From positions 19,034,001 to 19,098,000 of the forward strand of contig NC_043005.1 in assembly GCF_006345805.1 (NCBI RefSeq): a DNA stretch of 64,000 bases. The letters are read 5' to 3'. Positions 26,042 to 39,093 of this stretch are shown piece by piece. Origin of the DNA: Octopus sinensis (Eukaryota). Numbering within the stretch: position 1 is the stretch's first letter; every line of letters begins with the position of its first letter. The notes beneath the pieces are model-generated. The model was not told where the DNA came from. It saw only the letters and a program-made list of their open reading frames with translations, and searched no databases. Made by a program: the position numbers and the translations under genes.

Positions 26042-26420
26042 AAGGCTGCGAGCTGGCAGAATCGTAAGCACGCCGGGCGAAATGCTTAGCGGTATTTCGT
26101 CTGCCGCTACGTTCTGAGTTCAAATTCCGCCGAGGACGACTTTGCCTTTCATCCTTTCGGGGTCGATAAATTAAGTATCAGTTACGCACTGGGGTCGATT
26201 TAATCGACTTAATCCGTTTGTCTGTCCTTGTTTGTCCTCTCTGTGTTTATCCCCTTGTGGGTAGTAAAGAAGCAGGTATTTCGTCCATCTTTACGTTCTG
26301 AGTTCAAATTCCGCCTAGGTCTATCTTGCCTTTAATCCTTTCGGCGATCGATAAATTAAATACTAGTGAAACACTGAGGTTTCGTCAAATTTCAGGCCTT
26401 GTATCTATAGTGGAAAGGAT
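26042..26420 (+). mobile_element. SINE family B dimer
   Basis: Head and core, junction aggtatttcgtc, second degraded core. Confidence 0.88.
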
Positions 26421-26461
26421 TATTATTATTGCTGTTGCTATTATTATTATTATTATCATTA

Positions 26462-27021
26462 TTGAGTGAGAGAGCAGTTCATGCCATCAAAGTGACACTG
26501 GGGTAAAATATACGAAGCCCAATATACCCATCATGACTACCCGTCTGATAAGGGCATACCAGGCACATGCATCACAACCATATGTGCGCGGCATGGTGAT
26601 CTCATATCAAGATAAACTGCACATGACCTTGCAGGTGGGACCCAGTTAGAATTTTCTTCAGGTTGAGTAGCCCATCCCGCTCAAACGGTCCCTGAATAAG
26701 GGTTGTTTAAGGATGTTGAAAAACCCACCCATGTCTCCAGAGGTGAATTATTCAAACCCCAAAGAATCCCTCTCAACACATGGCTATGATGCTCCCCCAC
26801 TACTTCTGCTCGTGATCAGAGATGCACATATCGTCAGCCACTAGGGGACATGCTCAACTGGTTAAGGTCAAACAACTGACAAGCAAATCTGTGGTATTGA
26901 GCAGAATATTTGCTGTAGCCCATCTTTTATACCAAGACAAAACAATGTACATGATAACACTCACAATCAGTTAAGATCAGAAGCCATGAGAGCCTCTGCC
27001 TGGTACTGCATCAGGGCATTT
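26462..27021 (-). mobile_element. Family C ~550-bp element, flanked by (ATT)n
   Basis: Match to 23541-24100. Confidence 0.88.
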
Positions 27022-27044
27022 ATTATTATTATTATTATTATTAA

Positions 27045-27077
<33 letters not shown>

Positions 27078-27290
27078 CATTATTATTATCATAGAGGCCG
27101 CACAGTAGACAATATCATGATGTTGTTGATTGAAGATATTGTGTCTACCGGGATTTTGAACTGTTTGTCAAGTCGCAACGAGGACCTCAGACAGACAGTA
27201 CTTTACGCAATATGCGTGCAGTTCCAAGTAAATATTATTATTATTATTATAATTGTTGTTGTTGTTGTGTTGTTGTTGTTGTTGTTGTTG

Positions 27291-27597
27291 TTTGTTCCTT
27301 CTCGAACCATGCCTGGCTCATAAGGGCCGGTTTCCCGGTTTCCTTGGCGTATAGATTCCCCACCTGGACGGGACGCCGGTCCGTCGCAGGTGAACTGCAA
27401 GATGCAGGAGGAAAGAGTGAGAGAAAGTTTTGAAGAAAGAATCAGCATCAGAAGTTCGCCATCACCTTCTGCCGGAGCCGCGTGGAGCTTAGGTGTTTCG
27501 CTCATAAACACACACACATCGTCCGGTCTGGGCCTCGAACCCGCGATCCCTCGACCGCGAGTCCGCTGCTCTAACAACTAGGCCATGTGCCTCCACA
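27291..27597 (-). mobile_element. SINE family D variant (alternative tail), copy 1
   Basis: tRNA-like head gtggaggcacatggcctagttgttagagc...gggttcgagg; (AAC)n tail. Confidence 0.88.
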
Positions 27598-27662
27598 TTT
27601 TTATTATTATTATATTATTATTATTATTATTATTATATTATTATTATTATTATTATTATTAA

Positions 27663-27698
<36 letters not shown>

Positions 27699-27772
27699 TA
27701 ATTATTATTATTATTATTATTATTATTATAATTGTTGTTGTTGTTGTTGTGTTGTTGTTGTTGTTGTTGTTG

Positions 27773-28079
27773 TTTGTTCCTTCTCGAACCATGCCTGGCT
27801 CATAAGGGCCGGTTTCCCGGTTTCCTTGGCGTATAGATTCCCCACCTGGACGGGACGCCGGTCCGTCGCAGGTGAACTGCAAGATGCAGGAGGAAAGAGT
27901 GAGAGAAAGTTTTGAAGAAAGAATCAGCATCAGAAGTTCGCCATCACCTTCTGCCGGAGCCGCGTGGAGCTTAGGTGTTTCGCTCATAAACACACACACA
28001 TCGTCCGGTCTGGGCCTCGAACCCGCGATCCCTCGACCGCGAGTCCGCTGCTCTAACAACTAGGCCATGTGCCTCCACA
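27773..28079 (-). mobile_element. SINE family D variant, copy 2 (identical tandem duplicate, offset 482 bp)
   Basis: No differences from copy 1 seen by eye; identical ORFs at 27390 and 27872. Confidence 0.9.
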
Positions 28080-28138
<59 letters not shown>

Positions 28139-28144
28139 TATTAA

Positions 28145-28183
<39 letters not shown>

Positions 28184-28206
28184 TATTATTATTATTATTA
28201 TTATTA

Positions 28207-28241
<35 letters not shown>

Positions 28242-28883
28242 GTTGTTGTTGTTGTTGTTGTTGTTGTAGTTGAAGTAGCATCTACATAAATTTAAACAAA
28301 GTTTCATTATGTGTTAAATAAGAATAAAATGCAAGCAGATTCTTTTATGCTAGAACCCCCTTCAAAATGTCCCCTAGTAGTTACACCCCTTTGCGTTTAT
28401 ACGTTCAAATAACTTTAGAGTCGAATTCCGTCTTTCATCTTTCCATGGGTCAATAAAAATAACTACTATGAAGCATTGAGATTGATTATATCGCCTGTAC
28501 TCCGAAATGCCTAAGGCATTACAGTAAAAAATATTCGAAGTCAACACTTATTTAAAACTTAATTGAGCAGATGTGAAATTAAGACGTAAATGAAGAAATC
28601 GTATATCCAAAATAATTATTAAGCGTCCAAAAATAGTTGACGTCACACCTCTTTGTCTTCATCACTTAACGAGATAAACACTCAAACGTGGTCGAGACTT
28701 AACATTCTATCATTATAATTCCTTTAGTATGAAACATGTTTTATAAGAAATATTAACTGGACCACAGGATTTGATTAGTGCTTTATATTAAGCTTCCTTA
28801 GTACATGGCTGGTATTATTTATTTTTTTGAGCTCAGAAGGATGAAAAGCAAAGTTACTCTGGGCATGTAAGTGTCGTAACTAA

Positions 28884-29305
28884 GGCGGTGAGCAGGCAGA
28901 AACGTTAGCACGCCGGGAAAATGCATAGTCGTATTTCGTCTGCCGTTACGTTCTGAGTTCAAATTCCGCCTAGGTCGACTTTGCCTTTCATCCTTTCGGA
29001 GTCGATTAAAAAGTACCAGTTACGCACTGGGGTCGATATAATCGACTTAATCCGTTTGTCTGTCCTTGTTTGTCTTCTCTGTCTTTAGCCCCTTGTGGGC
29101 AATAAAGAAATAAAAAACGTTAGCACGCCGGGTGAAATGCTTAGTGGTATTTCGTTTGTCTTTATGTTCTGAGTTCAAATTCTGTCGAGATCGACTTTCA
29201 TCCTTTCAGGGTCGATAAATTAAGTACCAGTTGCGTACTGGAGTCGATCTAATCGACTGGTCCCCTCCACTCAAATTTCGGGCCTTGTGCTTAGAGTAGA
29301 AAAAA
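28884..29305 (+). mobile_element. SINE family B dimer with 11-bp TSD
   Basis: gtcgtaactaa at 28873-28883 and 29309-29319. Confidence 0.9.
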
Positions 29306-30169
29306 AGGGTCGTAACTAAAAGTAACAGAAAGTAAGGGTCGTAACTAAATAAAGTACAAGCATTTTCCAATGAAATATAATTTATTTTTACACGATTCTC
29401 AGCTCAAAACTGGGCCAGTCTATCTAAGTATAAATAGGCACCATTTCAAAAATCATCCAGTCCATGAAACTATAAATTTCTACCAGTTAAAAAATGGTTG
29501 AATCCATTTAATTGTATACAGGTACCAACCCTCAGCCATAAAAGTGACAGTGCTGTATAACTAACAGGCGTTTTATTATTTTAATCGTGTATTGGTGGTA
29601 TAATATAGTATAATATGTGGACGCAAGAATAGTGCAATGTTAAGAAGTTTGTTTACAATCATGGGGTTTCAGGTTCGATCTCACTGTTGGGATCTTGGGC
29701 AAGTATCTTCATGGGTTGATCCATGCACTGAAAGTTAAACCAAGCAGACGGAGACCGAGAGGAAGCTTATCAGATCGATTATACAAGTAATTCAAAAACT
29801 GGCCTTGTCACCATGTTGTGTTACACTGATTCGTGTTGAAGATTAAGTTGAATAGGTATATCTGTGGAATACTCAACCATTTAGACGTTAATTTAATGAG
29901 TTTGACACTCAGTGAATCTAGAAATTAAATGCTCATCGTCATAATTGACAGAGAATCCATCTATAGAATGCATTACACCATACTGTATTATAATACACCA
30001 AGGGCAGCGTTGTGTGATGTAGTGCTGTGTAGAACTGATGAAGCATCGTCGGCGTTTTATCGTGTGTCTGATAATTTATTTAGCTTCTTCTTGACCGCTT
30101 CTTCCCCTCTGTCTGTATTTATGCCCCTGATGACTATTGAGGCCAATTCTTGCATGGAAGTGTCTGTTG

Positions 30170-30500
30170 CAAAGTTCACAAGGGATCCGTGATGAAGGCT
30201 TGGTTGTTCCAGCCTCTATTTTCTTTTCTCTTCTTTCCACTGTCGTTCAGCTTCAAAAGGATTTGTCACAGCGGAGATGGAATGATGCCAACCGAGCCTG
30301 TCCCAGGGCTTTGGGATCGATTCCAGTCGGTTTTAGGCTTTGCTTCAACTTGTCCTTGTATCGACAGAGATGACAGTCACGAAGTCTTCTTCCAGTGGAA
30401 AGTTCACCATATAAAATTTAATGAGGTAGCCTGGCCTCTTTCATTCTTGCTGCGAGACCCGTTCTTCTCAGACGATGTTTCATGATGCAACATAGCAAAG
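30170..30500 (-). mobile_element. RTE LINE C-terminal remnant
   Basis: Minus translation RLRRTGLAARMKEARLPH*ILYGELSTGRR...RYKDKLKQSLK. Confidence 0.8.
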
Positions 30501-31979
30501 ACTATATCACAAAGACAAGCCTCCCTTAAGAATTTTTAATTCTGTACAACACTCAGGTGAGAATCACAATGGAATGCTGCTCTATCATCTGGTACAGTAC
30601 TGTATTCTTACATCTTCAATATCGCATAAAAAAAAAAACTTGATCACCAACTAACTCCAGCATTAGGCCTTGTCTTTGATTCTTTCTACCGTTACTATAC
30701 TGGTCTCTGCTCTTCATATCAAACTGATCTCAAGCCACCTCCACTCAGGATTGTTTTGTAGTACACACAGTAATGTGTTATATTACTGTGGTGTAGATTC
30801 ACCAATGATGTAATTGGTTGGGTATTAGACAATCGGTGTTAGTACTGAAGAATTGCATTGTTATAATTCCATAGACAAATGCACAGATATGCTTAATGCA
30901 TTAAATAGGTTTAAAATATATTCTACGAGATAAACTAGTTGCATGCTCCAACTGCATGCAGTATCGCCTTTCATCCCCTTACCTCGCAGAACCATTTTCA
31001 CCCAAAACCGCAACACGGCCTTTTACAGTTGTTGAAACTGAACATGCTGCACAGAGTGGATCTCTCTACAAAGATCAAGGACGCTCACCCTCCACCACAC
31101 TTTCCTGACAAACTTATAAAACAAAGTTTCGCCATGAATTGTCCAAATCTTCGATGAAAAATTCCAGATTAATTAGCTTTGCATCTGCCTTGCATAATAT
31201 ACTGGAGTCTATGAAGAGAAATGTGCTTGTTATCTACATGCGCAACAGCGACCTATTTGCGAAAAAGCCAGCGAAGCTGAAGTTGTCTGATAGACACTAA
31301 ACAGACGTATTTGATATTTACTGATTGTAAAAAAAAAAAAAAAAAAAAAAAAATATCGTGGTTCCTCGTTAGAAACATTTTATCAAAGCTTTGAAACTCA
31401 GGAGCTGAAGTTTACATAATAAAGTGGCTCAATAACTTCCTAGTAGTAGTCAAAAGGTTTGCGTTGACTATACATTGACCATACACAAAAATAAAGAACT
31501 GCATCATACGTGGTTTTATGTTAAACTTAATTATGTTTGCTACATTCTTAAATATCGTTTTGCAAGGTCTTTGCTAATGACGTCAGGATTATAAGCACAA
31601 GTAATGAGGTTGCAAGAGATTTTGAATAAAATACATTCTTGATAATATTTAAACGTGAGAAAATCTCGGTAATAATTATCTAAGGAATATAAGAAAATTA
31701 TAATTGCTAGATTTAAGCGATCTAAGCTATTTTGTATAAAATTATGGGATATATTGTCGAAGATAATGAAGAAGAGAAAATTCGTGGTGTAATTACATAT
31801 ACGTGCACTCCAGTTGCTAACAGCTAACTACTTTCTTGGAATATAAATTAACTTACCAGCAAATATAAATATTTTCCCAATATTTTTTTATAATTTCATG
31901 AATATTAAATCATTGCGATGGATCACACAACACTGAGCAAAGAAACATCCAGATTGATGGTAATATTTGATTGGACCAG

Positions 31980-32591
31980 GGCGGCGAGCTGGCAGAATCG
32001 TTAGCACGCCGGGCGAAATGCTCAGCAGTATTTCGTCTGTCGCTATGTTCTGAGTTCAAATTCCACCGAGGTCCAGTTTGCCTTTCATCCTTTCAGGAGG
32101 CGATTAAATAAGTACCAGTTACGCACTGAGGTCGATATAATCGACTTAATCCGTTTGTCTGTCTTTGTTTGTCCCCTCTGTGTTTAGCCTCTTGTGGGTA
32201 GTAAAGAAATAAGTATTTCGTCTGTCGCTACGTTCTGAGTTCAAATTCCGCCGAGGTCCAGTTTGCCTTTCATCCTTTCGGGGGGCGATTAAATAAGTAC
32301 CAGTTACGCAATGGAGTTCATATAATCGACTTAATCCGTTTGTCTGTCCTTGTTTGTCCTCTCTGTGTTTAGCCCCTTGTGGGTAGTAAAGAAATAAGAA
32401 TCGTTAGGACGCCGGGCGAAATGATTAGTGGCATTTCGTCTGCCGTTACGTTCTGAGTTCAAATTCCGCCGCGGTCGACTTTGCCTTTCATCTTTTCGGG
32501 ATCGATTAAATAAGTACCTATTACGCACTTAAACCCTTTGTTTGTCCTTGTTTGTCCCCCTCTATGTTTAGCCCCCTTTGAGAAATAAAGA
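31980..32591 (+). mobile_element. SINE family B trimer with 18-bp TSD (1 mismatch)
   Basis: aatatttgattggaccag at 31962-31979 and aatatttgattgaaccag at 32592-32609. Confidence 0.9.
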
Positions 32592-32609
32592 AATATTTGA
32601 TTGAACCAG

Positions 32610-32807
32610 AGCAGCAAGCGAGCATAATCTTTTGCACGCAAGGGAATATGTTTTGCGTCATTTCGCCCGTCTTTATGTTCTAGGTTCAAATTCCGCCGAG
32701 GTCGACTTTATCTTTCATCCTCTCGGGATCGATAAAATAAGTACCTGCTGTAATCGACTTAGGTTCCACCTCCGAAATTGCTGGCTTTGTGCTAAAATTT
32801 AAAACGA
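32610..32807 (+). mobile_element. SINE family B, older degraded monomer adjoining the trimer
   Basis: Degraded head and core; followed by aatatttgat. Confidence 0.75.
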
Positions 32808-34009
32808 ATATTTGATCAAGGCGCTGCTTATCACACTGTTCTGTTTGTCTGTCTGTCTCTTTCTTTCCCCCTCTCTCTCTTTCACGCACATAGGCATTTA
32901 CACATACGCAGGCATATACTCACACACGTATACACACATACATATACCTACACAAATACACAACGTACGCGAAAGAACCTTTACACAATCACAGAGAAAA
33001 GCGTAAAATTTCTTTCACGCTTCGACCCAACATGCTAAAAAATGGCTAATTATAATCGACTTGTTGATACACTATGCCAGTAAAGAACAGGATCTGGTTG
33101 GCCACGGAAGGAACGGAGATTAAAAGATGAAAATAATCTCACCTGTTTGCAGCACCATGTGGTGGGTGTTCCGGTTGTTACTAAGCAACCACACAGACAC
33201 ACATCAGCACAAATTGGCGGAGAGTGATGAACTCCGTTATGAGTTTTTTCAGCTGATCTGGAATGTAGAAGCTAAGATTTTCACTCTATGAATCAAAGTC
33301 TTAAGGCAGAGAAATACACTTTAGAAAAATCGATATATTTTAAACATCGATTTTCAACAAGAATTTTTGGAGAAAAGATTTATTTATCAACTCTATTCTT
33401 TAATTGGTAGTTATTTTAATGACTTCAGGGAGAACGGAATGCAAGATGGACATCGGCACGATTTCACTTTAGTAGACAAAGAGTCGTAACTAAGTACTCC
33501 AATACATTTAATCCGACTCTTTGCCAATTTTATCATTCACCGTTCTTTTTATAGCGATAAAAAATTCTTACATTTTAGGCATGGAGGAGGAGAAAGAGAG
33601 GAAGGAGGAGTGTAGTTATTAAATATCAGCCTCCAGTACTTCGCTGGTTCTTATTTTATCGACCACTGAAGAATGAATGTCAAAGTTAAGATTGGTTTCC
33701 GACGGAAGGCATTTTAACCAGCACTCTACCAATTTCACCGAAACAACGTTCTTGATTTCTAGCGTAGACCCACAGGACAATGACTGTTGATTATATCGAT
33801 CCTAGTGTACTTACTTTTATCGACCCCAGGGGAGGTTGAACAGCAGAGCCGATCTCAGTTGATTTATATTTAGAATTAAAAGAGACACATGAGCGAATAA
33901 ATATTATTCTATTATTGGCTGGTAATGTTATCTAAAAACCTTAATTCATAGAAAGATATCCAACACGAATACGTTGCTACTCACGCGACGTATTTTATCT
34001 GAATCGGTG

Positions 34010-34305
34010 ATCGGTACTTTTTGGTTATCTCACCCCCATTGAAAAATTGCCATTAAAAATTTTTTCAGCTTTCATGTTTATTAATCTTTTCAGTTTTGTA
34101 TGATTTGTTATAAAAATTTTTTATCAGATTTAATACGATGTTTTATCTTACCACTATTCATGTTTATTAATTTTTTCATTTTTTTTTGTTTTATTTAGGG
34201 TTAAACAATTTTTTAGTTGAGGGAGATGACCAAAAGTAACGATATTTCTCGTGGGGAAGATAACCCAATTTTTGAATGGAGATGAGATAACCAAAGGGTA
34301 CCCGG
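34010..34305. mobile_element. MITE-like element with ~36-bp imperfect TIRs
   Basis: ggtactttttggttatctcacccccattgaaaaatt versus aatttttgaatggagatgagataaccaaagggtacc; AT-rich interior with an internal direct repeat. Confidence 0.65.
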
Positions 34306-34789
34306 CGATCTTTTACCAATTAGATCGACAAAACTTCGAATTGTTTGTTGTCGTTGATATTGTATCATTAATCAAACAGATCTCGGTTCAAACACATTAA
34401 AGTCATGACCATGCCATCTGCTTTTTTTCTCTCAGACATAATGCATGAGTAACGCCCTTTACTTTTTAAAAGGATCGAGTGTAATTTGAGGGCGATTTAG
34501 TTGCTATTTCTTGCAAATCAAGCAACCACCTGAAGGTTCTTGTTGGCTGCTGTTGTTGGCGCTTATGTCGATGGTGTCGGTGGCAATGGTGATTGGTGGT
34601 GATGGTGGCAGTGATGAGAGCAGCGGTGATAGTGTCGTTGCTATTGCTGTCTTCTTCTAATCAGGACTCACGCCATTAGCCACAAAGAATAACCTCTAAT
34701 TCCAGCCTACTCTAAGCTACTAAGAATGCGTGTGGCAACTTGAAGATCCACTCACTACGGGCGATAGACTGGCGGTTGCACGGGCGCAA

Positions 34790-35140
34790 AAGCTACGTTG
34801 TTATCCTCATTCCGTAAACGGTGGCTTTTTAACGGGCGGAGAGCTGAACCATCCTGGGGTACAGCGGATTCGCAATCTAGACTAGGGCCTGAAAGTTTAC
34901 CACACCATAGGGTGGGGTTACACCATGGTTCCTCTCTGTTTCGTGGTAGAAGTAGGAAGAAAGAGTGAGAGAAAGTTGTGGTGAAAGAATACAGCGAGCT
35001 TCACCTCCCCACTCCGCCGGAGCCTCGTGGAACTTAGATGCTTTTTGATCAATAAACACTCACAATGACCGGTCTGGGTATCGAAACCGCGTTCTTACGA
35101 CCGCGAGTCCGCTGCCCTAACCACTGGGCCATTGCGCCTC
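34790..35140 (-). mobile_element. SINE family D variant, degraded
   Basis: Head gtggaggcgcaatggcccagtggttaggg; gagtgagagaaagttgtggtgaaag core. Confidence 0.8.
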
Positions 35141-35274
35141 CACTGCTGTTGCTGTTGTTGTTGTTGGTAACTGTGATCTTAGAAATTCTGTTGATAGTCG
35201 TAACGGTGATGGTGACAGTAGTTGTGGCGATGGTGGTGTTGGTAGTATTAGCGGTGTTGGTAGCACTGATTAAA

Positions 35275-35590
35275 GACTCCGCCGGTTACGACGACGAGGG
35301 TCCCAGCTGATACGATCAACGGAACAGCTTGCTTCGTGAAATTAACGTGCAAATGGCTGAGCATTCCACAGACACGTGTACCTTAACGTAGTTCTCGGGG
35401 ATAATCAGCGTGAGACAGAGAGTGACGGCTGACCCTTGGAATACAAGTACAACTCATTTTTGCCAGCTGAATGGACTGGAGCAACGTGAAATAAAGTGTC
35501 TTGCTCAAGGACACAACGCGTCGCCAGGAATCGAACTCACAACCTTACGATCATGAGCCGAATGCCCTAACCACTAAGCCACGCGCCCTC
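35275..35590 (-). mobile_element. Adjacent SINE fragments: family D tail plus family E head
   Basis: 35275-35430 matches the family D tail. 35430-35590 is the reverse complement of a tRNA head plus cttgagcaagacactttatttcacg, as at 44293. Confidence 0.75.
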
Positions 35591-35639
35591 ACGGTAGCAC
35601 TGATAATGTTGGTGGCGTCATCTGTCCGTGTAGTGGCGT

Positions 35640-36040
35640 CGGTGGTGATGGTGTTGGTGATGGGAGATAGTGCGGGTAACAATGTGGGTAGAGGTGCTGG
35701 TGGCGGTGGCGGTGGTGGTGGTGATGGTGGTGGTGTTGGTGTTGGTGATGGGAGATAGTGCGGGTAACAATGTGGGTAGAGGTGCTGGTGGCGGTGGCGG
35801 TGGTGGTGGTGATGGTGGTGGTGTTGGTGTTGGTGATGGGGATAGTGCGGGTAATAATGTGGGTAGAGGTGCTGGTGGCGGTGGCGGTGGTGGTGATGAT
35901 GGGTGGTGTTGGTGTTGGTGATGGGGATAGTGCGGGTAACAATGTGAGTAGAGGTGCTGGTGGCGGTGGTGGTGGCGATGGTGTTGGTGTTGGTGTTGGT
36001 GATGGGGATAGTGCGGGTAATAATGTGGGTAGAGTGCTGG
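35640..36040. repeat. G-rich minisatellite: five units of 81-88 bp within a (GGT)n tract
   Basis: Core gatagtgcgggtaa(c/t)aatgtg at about 35666, 35754, 35841, 35926 and 36007. Confidence 0.92.
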
Positions 36041-37807
36041 TGGTGGTGTTGGTGCTGGTGTTGGTGATAGTGACGGCTTTGGTAGTGGTGAGGGTGGTGG
36101 TGCTGGTGCTGGTGGTGGTACTGGTAACGGTGATGCTGTTGGTGTTAATGTTATTAGTGTTATTGATGGTGGTGGTGGCGGCGGCGCGGCGGCGGCTGGC
36201 GGTGGTGGTGGTGGTGGTGGTGGTACCAGTGTTAGTGTTGGCGGTGTTGATGGTGGTTTAGAAAAACGAATGTTTATAAATAAACTATTCACGTGAGTCA
36301 TGTATTGCAAATAACGGCTACAGCCATAGCAATAACAACAACAACAACAACAACAACAAAAGACGACGAGAAGAACAGTTCAATTAGGGAAGACGAAAAG
36401 GAGAGGAAAAGAAAAAAAAGAAAAAAAGAAAAAAAAGAAGAAAAAAAGTAGGTAAGCCATAATGACTGCAGCATGCTGGAAAATACAGTTTAATTAAAGT
36501 GGATATTAAGTTATAAAACATTTACTAAATGAAAGAAACAGGTGGAGAGATGGTGGTAGCAGAGGAGAAGGAGGAGGAAGGGGACAAAAATTGGGTAAAG
36601 TTAAATTAGCGGTAAGGGAGTAGTGGAAGAGAGGGTTGTGGGGTGGAGTAAACTGATGAAGTAGGGGTAGCAGCAGCAGTAGCAGTGGCATTAGTAGTGA
36701 CAAGGCTCGTGGTTAACTGCAACATAGCAATAATGTTTGTTGTTGCTACTGCTGTTGCTATCGCTGTTTTTTTTGCTATTGTAATTACTGCCGTGTCCAA
36801 TGTTGCTATAGCAGTACTAGTAGTAGTAGTAGTAGTTGTTGTTGTTGGTGTTGTTTTTATTATTCATGTTTTTGTTGTTGTTGTTGTTCTGACATACCCT
36901 CTCACTTCTTTCACACCCCACCAAGCCAGTATAAAAACTACCTGTCACTTGCCCGGATCAACGCGTTTCATTTTGAAAAATTCCGTCGCCGTGAGTAGTC
37001 CTCCAGCATTTTTCTAACATTTTCATTTACTATCTTTCCAAACGCCTTTTTCTCTTGATAACCTATCATTTATACCATTCTTACTCGCTTACTATTGTTC
37101 TAATTCTTCATGTTATTGTTGTTGTTGTTGTTGTTGTTATTGTTACTGCGGTCGTTATTGCTCTTGTCTCTATTATAATTTCATTCACCCCTAGGATGCA
37201 CCATCAGAGTATAAACTGTCCTCAGTACTTTTATACTTAAATATTTATGTAATATCACAAGTAATAAACAATAGCGTCGTTCATTATAGTGTTCAGGCCC
37301 AGTATAACTGGCTCACTGCATTTCTGACGAAGTCAACGGCAGGAGAGTGTCTGTAACTTGATGCGGAATTAACAGCTCAAGGGACTTCGTTTGAAAAACA
37401 CGATTAACACGATTTTCTAGGTTTATTTATATCCAAACGAATATTTGCATATTTGATTTCCTATTTATATCATTTGCCGAAATACACACACGTTCCACTC
37501 ACAAGGTCTAATACTATGCCAGAAGACTCTTCCCCAAGACGCTGTGCCGCGCGATTGAACTTACGTGCAACTGATTGGGAAGCGAAGCGAAATTCCCAGG
37601 CACACACAGCCATGTTTTTTGTTTTACTGGGTCCCAGAAGGATGGCAGGCAATGTTGATCAGAGCTCGACTTGAACTTAGAACGATGATGATGATGATGA
37701 TGATGATGACGACGACGAAAATGATGATGATAATGATGTTAATTATATTCATGATGTATGGTTACTATTGCATCACTTCAACTGGCTCAACTGATCTGTT
37801 TCACCTA

Positions 37808-37872
<65 letters not shown>

Positions 37873-37891
37873 ATAATAATAATAATAAAAT

Positions 37892-38450
37892 AAATGCCCT
37901 GATGCAGTACCAGGCATTGGCTCGCGTGGCTTCTGATCATAACTGACGGAAAGTGTTATCATGTACATTGTTTTGTCTTGGTATAAAAGATAGGCTACAG
38001 TAAATATTCTGCTCAATACCACAGATTTGCTTGTCAGTTGTTTGACATTAACCAGTTGACCATGCCCCTTAGTGGCTGACGATATGTGCATCTCTGATCA
38101 CGAGCAGAAGTAGTGGGGGAGCATCATAGCCATGTGTTGAGAGGAATTCTTTGGGGTTTGAATAATTCATCTCTGGAAACATGGGTGTTTCGTTCAACAT
38201 CCTTAAACAACCCTTACTCAGGGACCTTTAGAGCGGGATGGGCAACTCGACCTGAAGAAAATTCTAGCTGAGCCCCACCTGCAAGGTCATGTGCTGTTTA
38301 TCTTGATATGAGAACACCATGTCGAGTACATATGGTTGTGATGCATGTCCCTAGTGTACCCTTATCAGACTGGTAGTCATGATGGATACACTGGGCTCTG
38401 TACATTTTACTCCAGTGTCCTTTGATGGCATGCGCTGCTCTCTCACTCCA
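37892..38450 (+). mobile_element. Family C ~550-bp element, flanked by (AAT)n
   Basis: Reverse complement of 23541-24100. Confidence 0.88.
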
Positions 38451-38458
38451 CAATAATC

Positions 38459-38515
<57 letters not shown>

Positions 38516-38517
<2 letters not shown>

Positions 38518-39042
38518 CAGAAAAAAGATGGTACAAGCACACACCAGAAAAGGTCACAGAAAATGAGAAAGCAACCATACTTTGGGATATGCCGATACAC
38601 ACAGATAGAGAAATTAAGGCCAACAGACTAGATATAGTTGTCAGAGATCATGAAGAAAAAAAATGCTTTCTAATTGATGTATCGATACCGGCAGATGACA
38701 ACGTGTCTCTAAAAGAAATGAAGAAACTTTCAAAATACAAAGACCTGGAAATAGAGGTAACCAGAATGTGGAATCTAAAAACAGAAACAATTCCTATCAT
38801 AGTAGGTGCATTAGGCATGATAAAAAAATATTCAGACAAATACATAACAAAGACACCAGGACTTACAAACACATATAATATACAGAAAATTGCACTACTA
38901 GGCACTGCACACATCCTACGCAGAACACTTTCCATACAATAACCATCAGAGCATCACAACAAATCACAGCACATACCTAATGCACACAGAGCTGCGCTCG
39001 GTAGTGAAGTGAAAGCACGCTATAAAAATAAAACTACTGAAT
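38516..39042 (+). mobile_element. Second, heavily 5'-truncated copy of the R4/Dong-like LINE (RLE domain plus 3' UTR)
   Basis: Highly similar to 2690-3213; ORF 38589-38942 is open; (AAT)n on both sides. Confidence 0.93.
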
Positions 39043-39043
39043 G

Positions 39044-39093
<50 letters not shown>

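Noticed and set aside
35589-36310. Pro-rich, extensin-like 230-aa ORF
   Set aside because: Antisense reading of the (GGT)n minisatellite; no gene context
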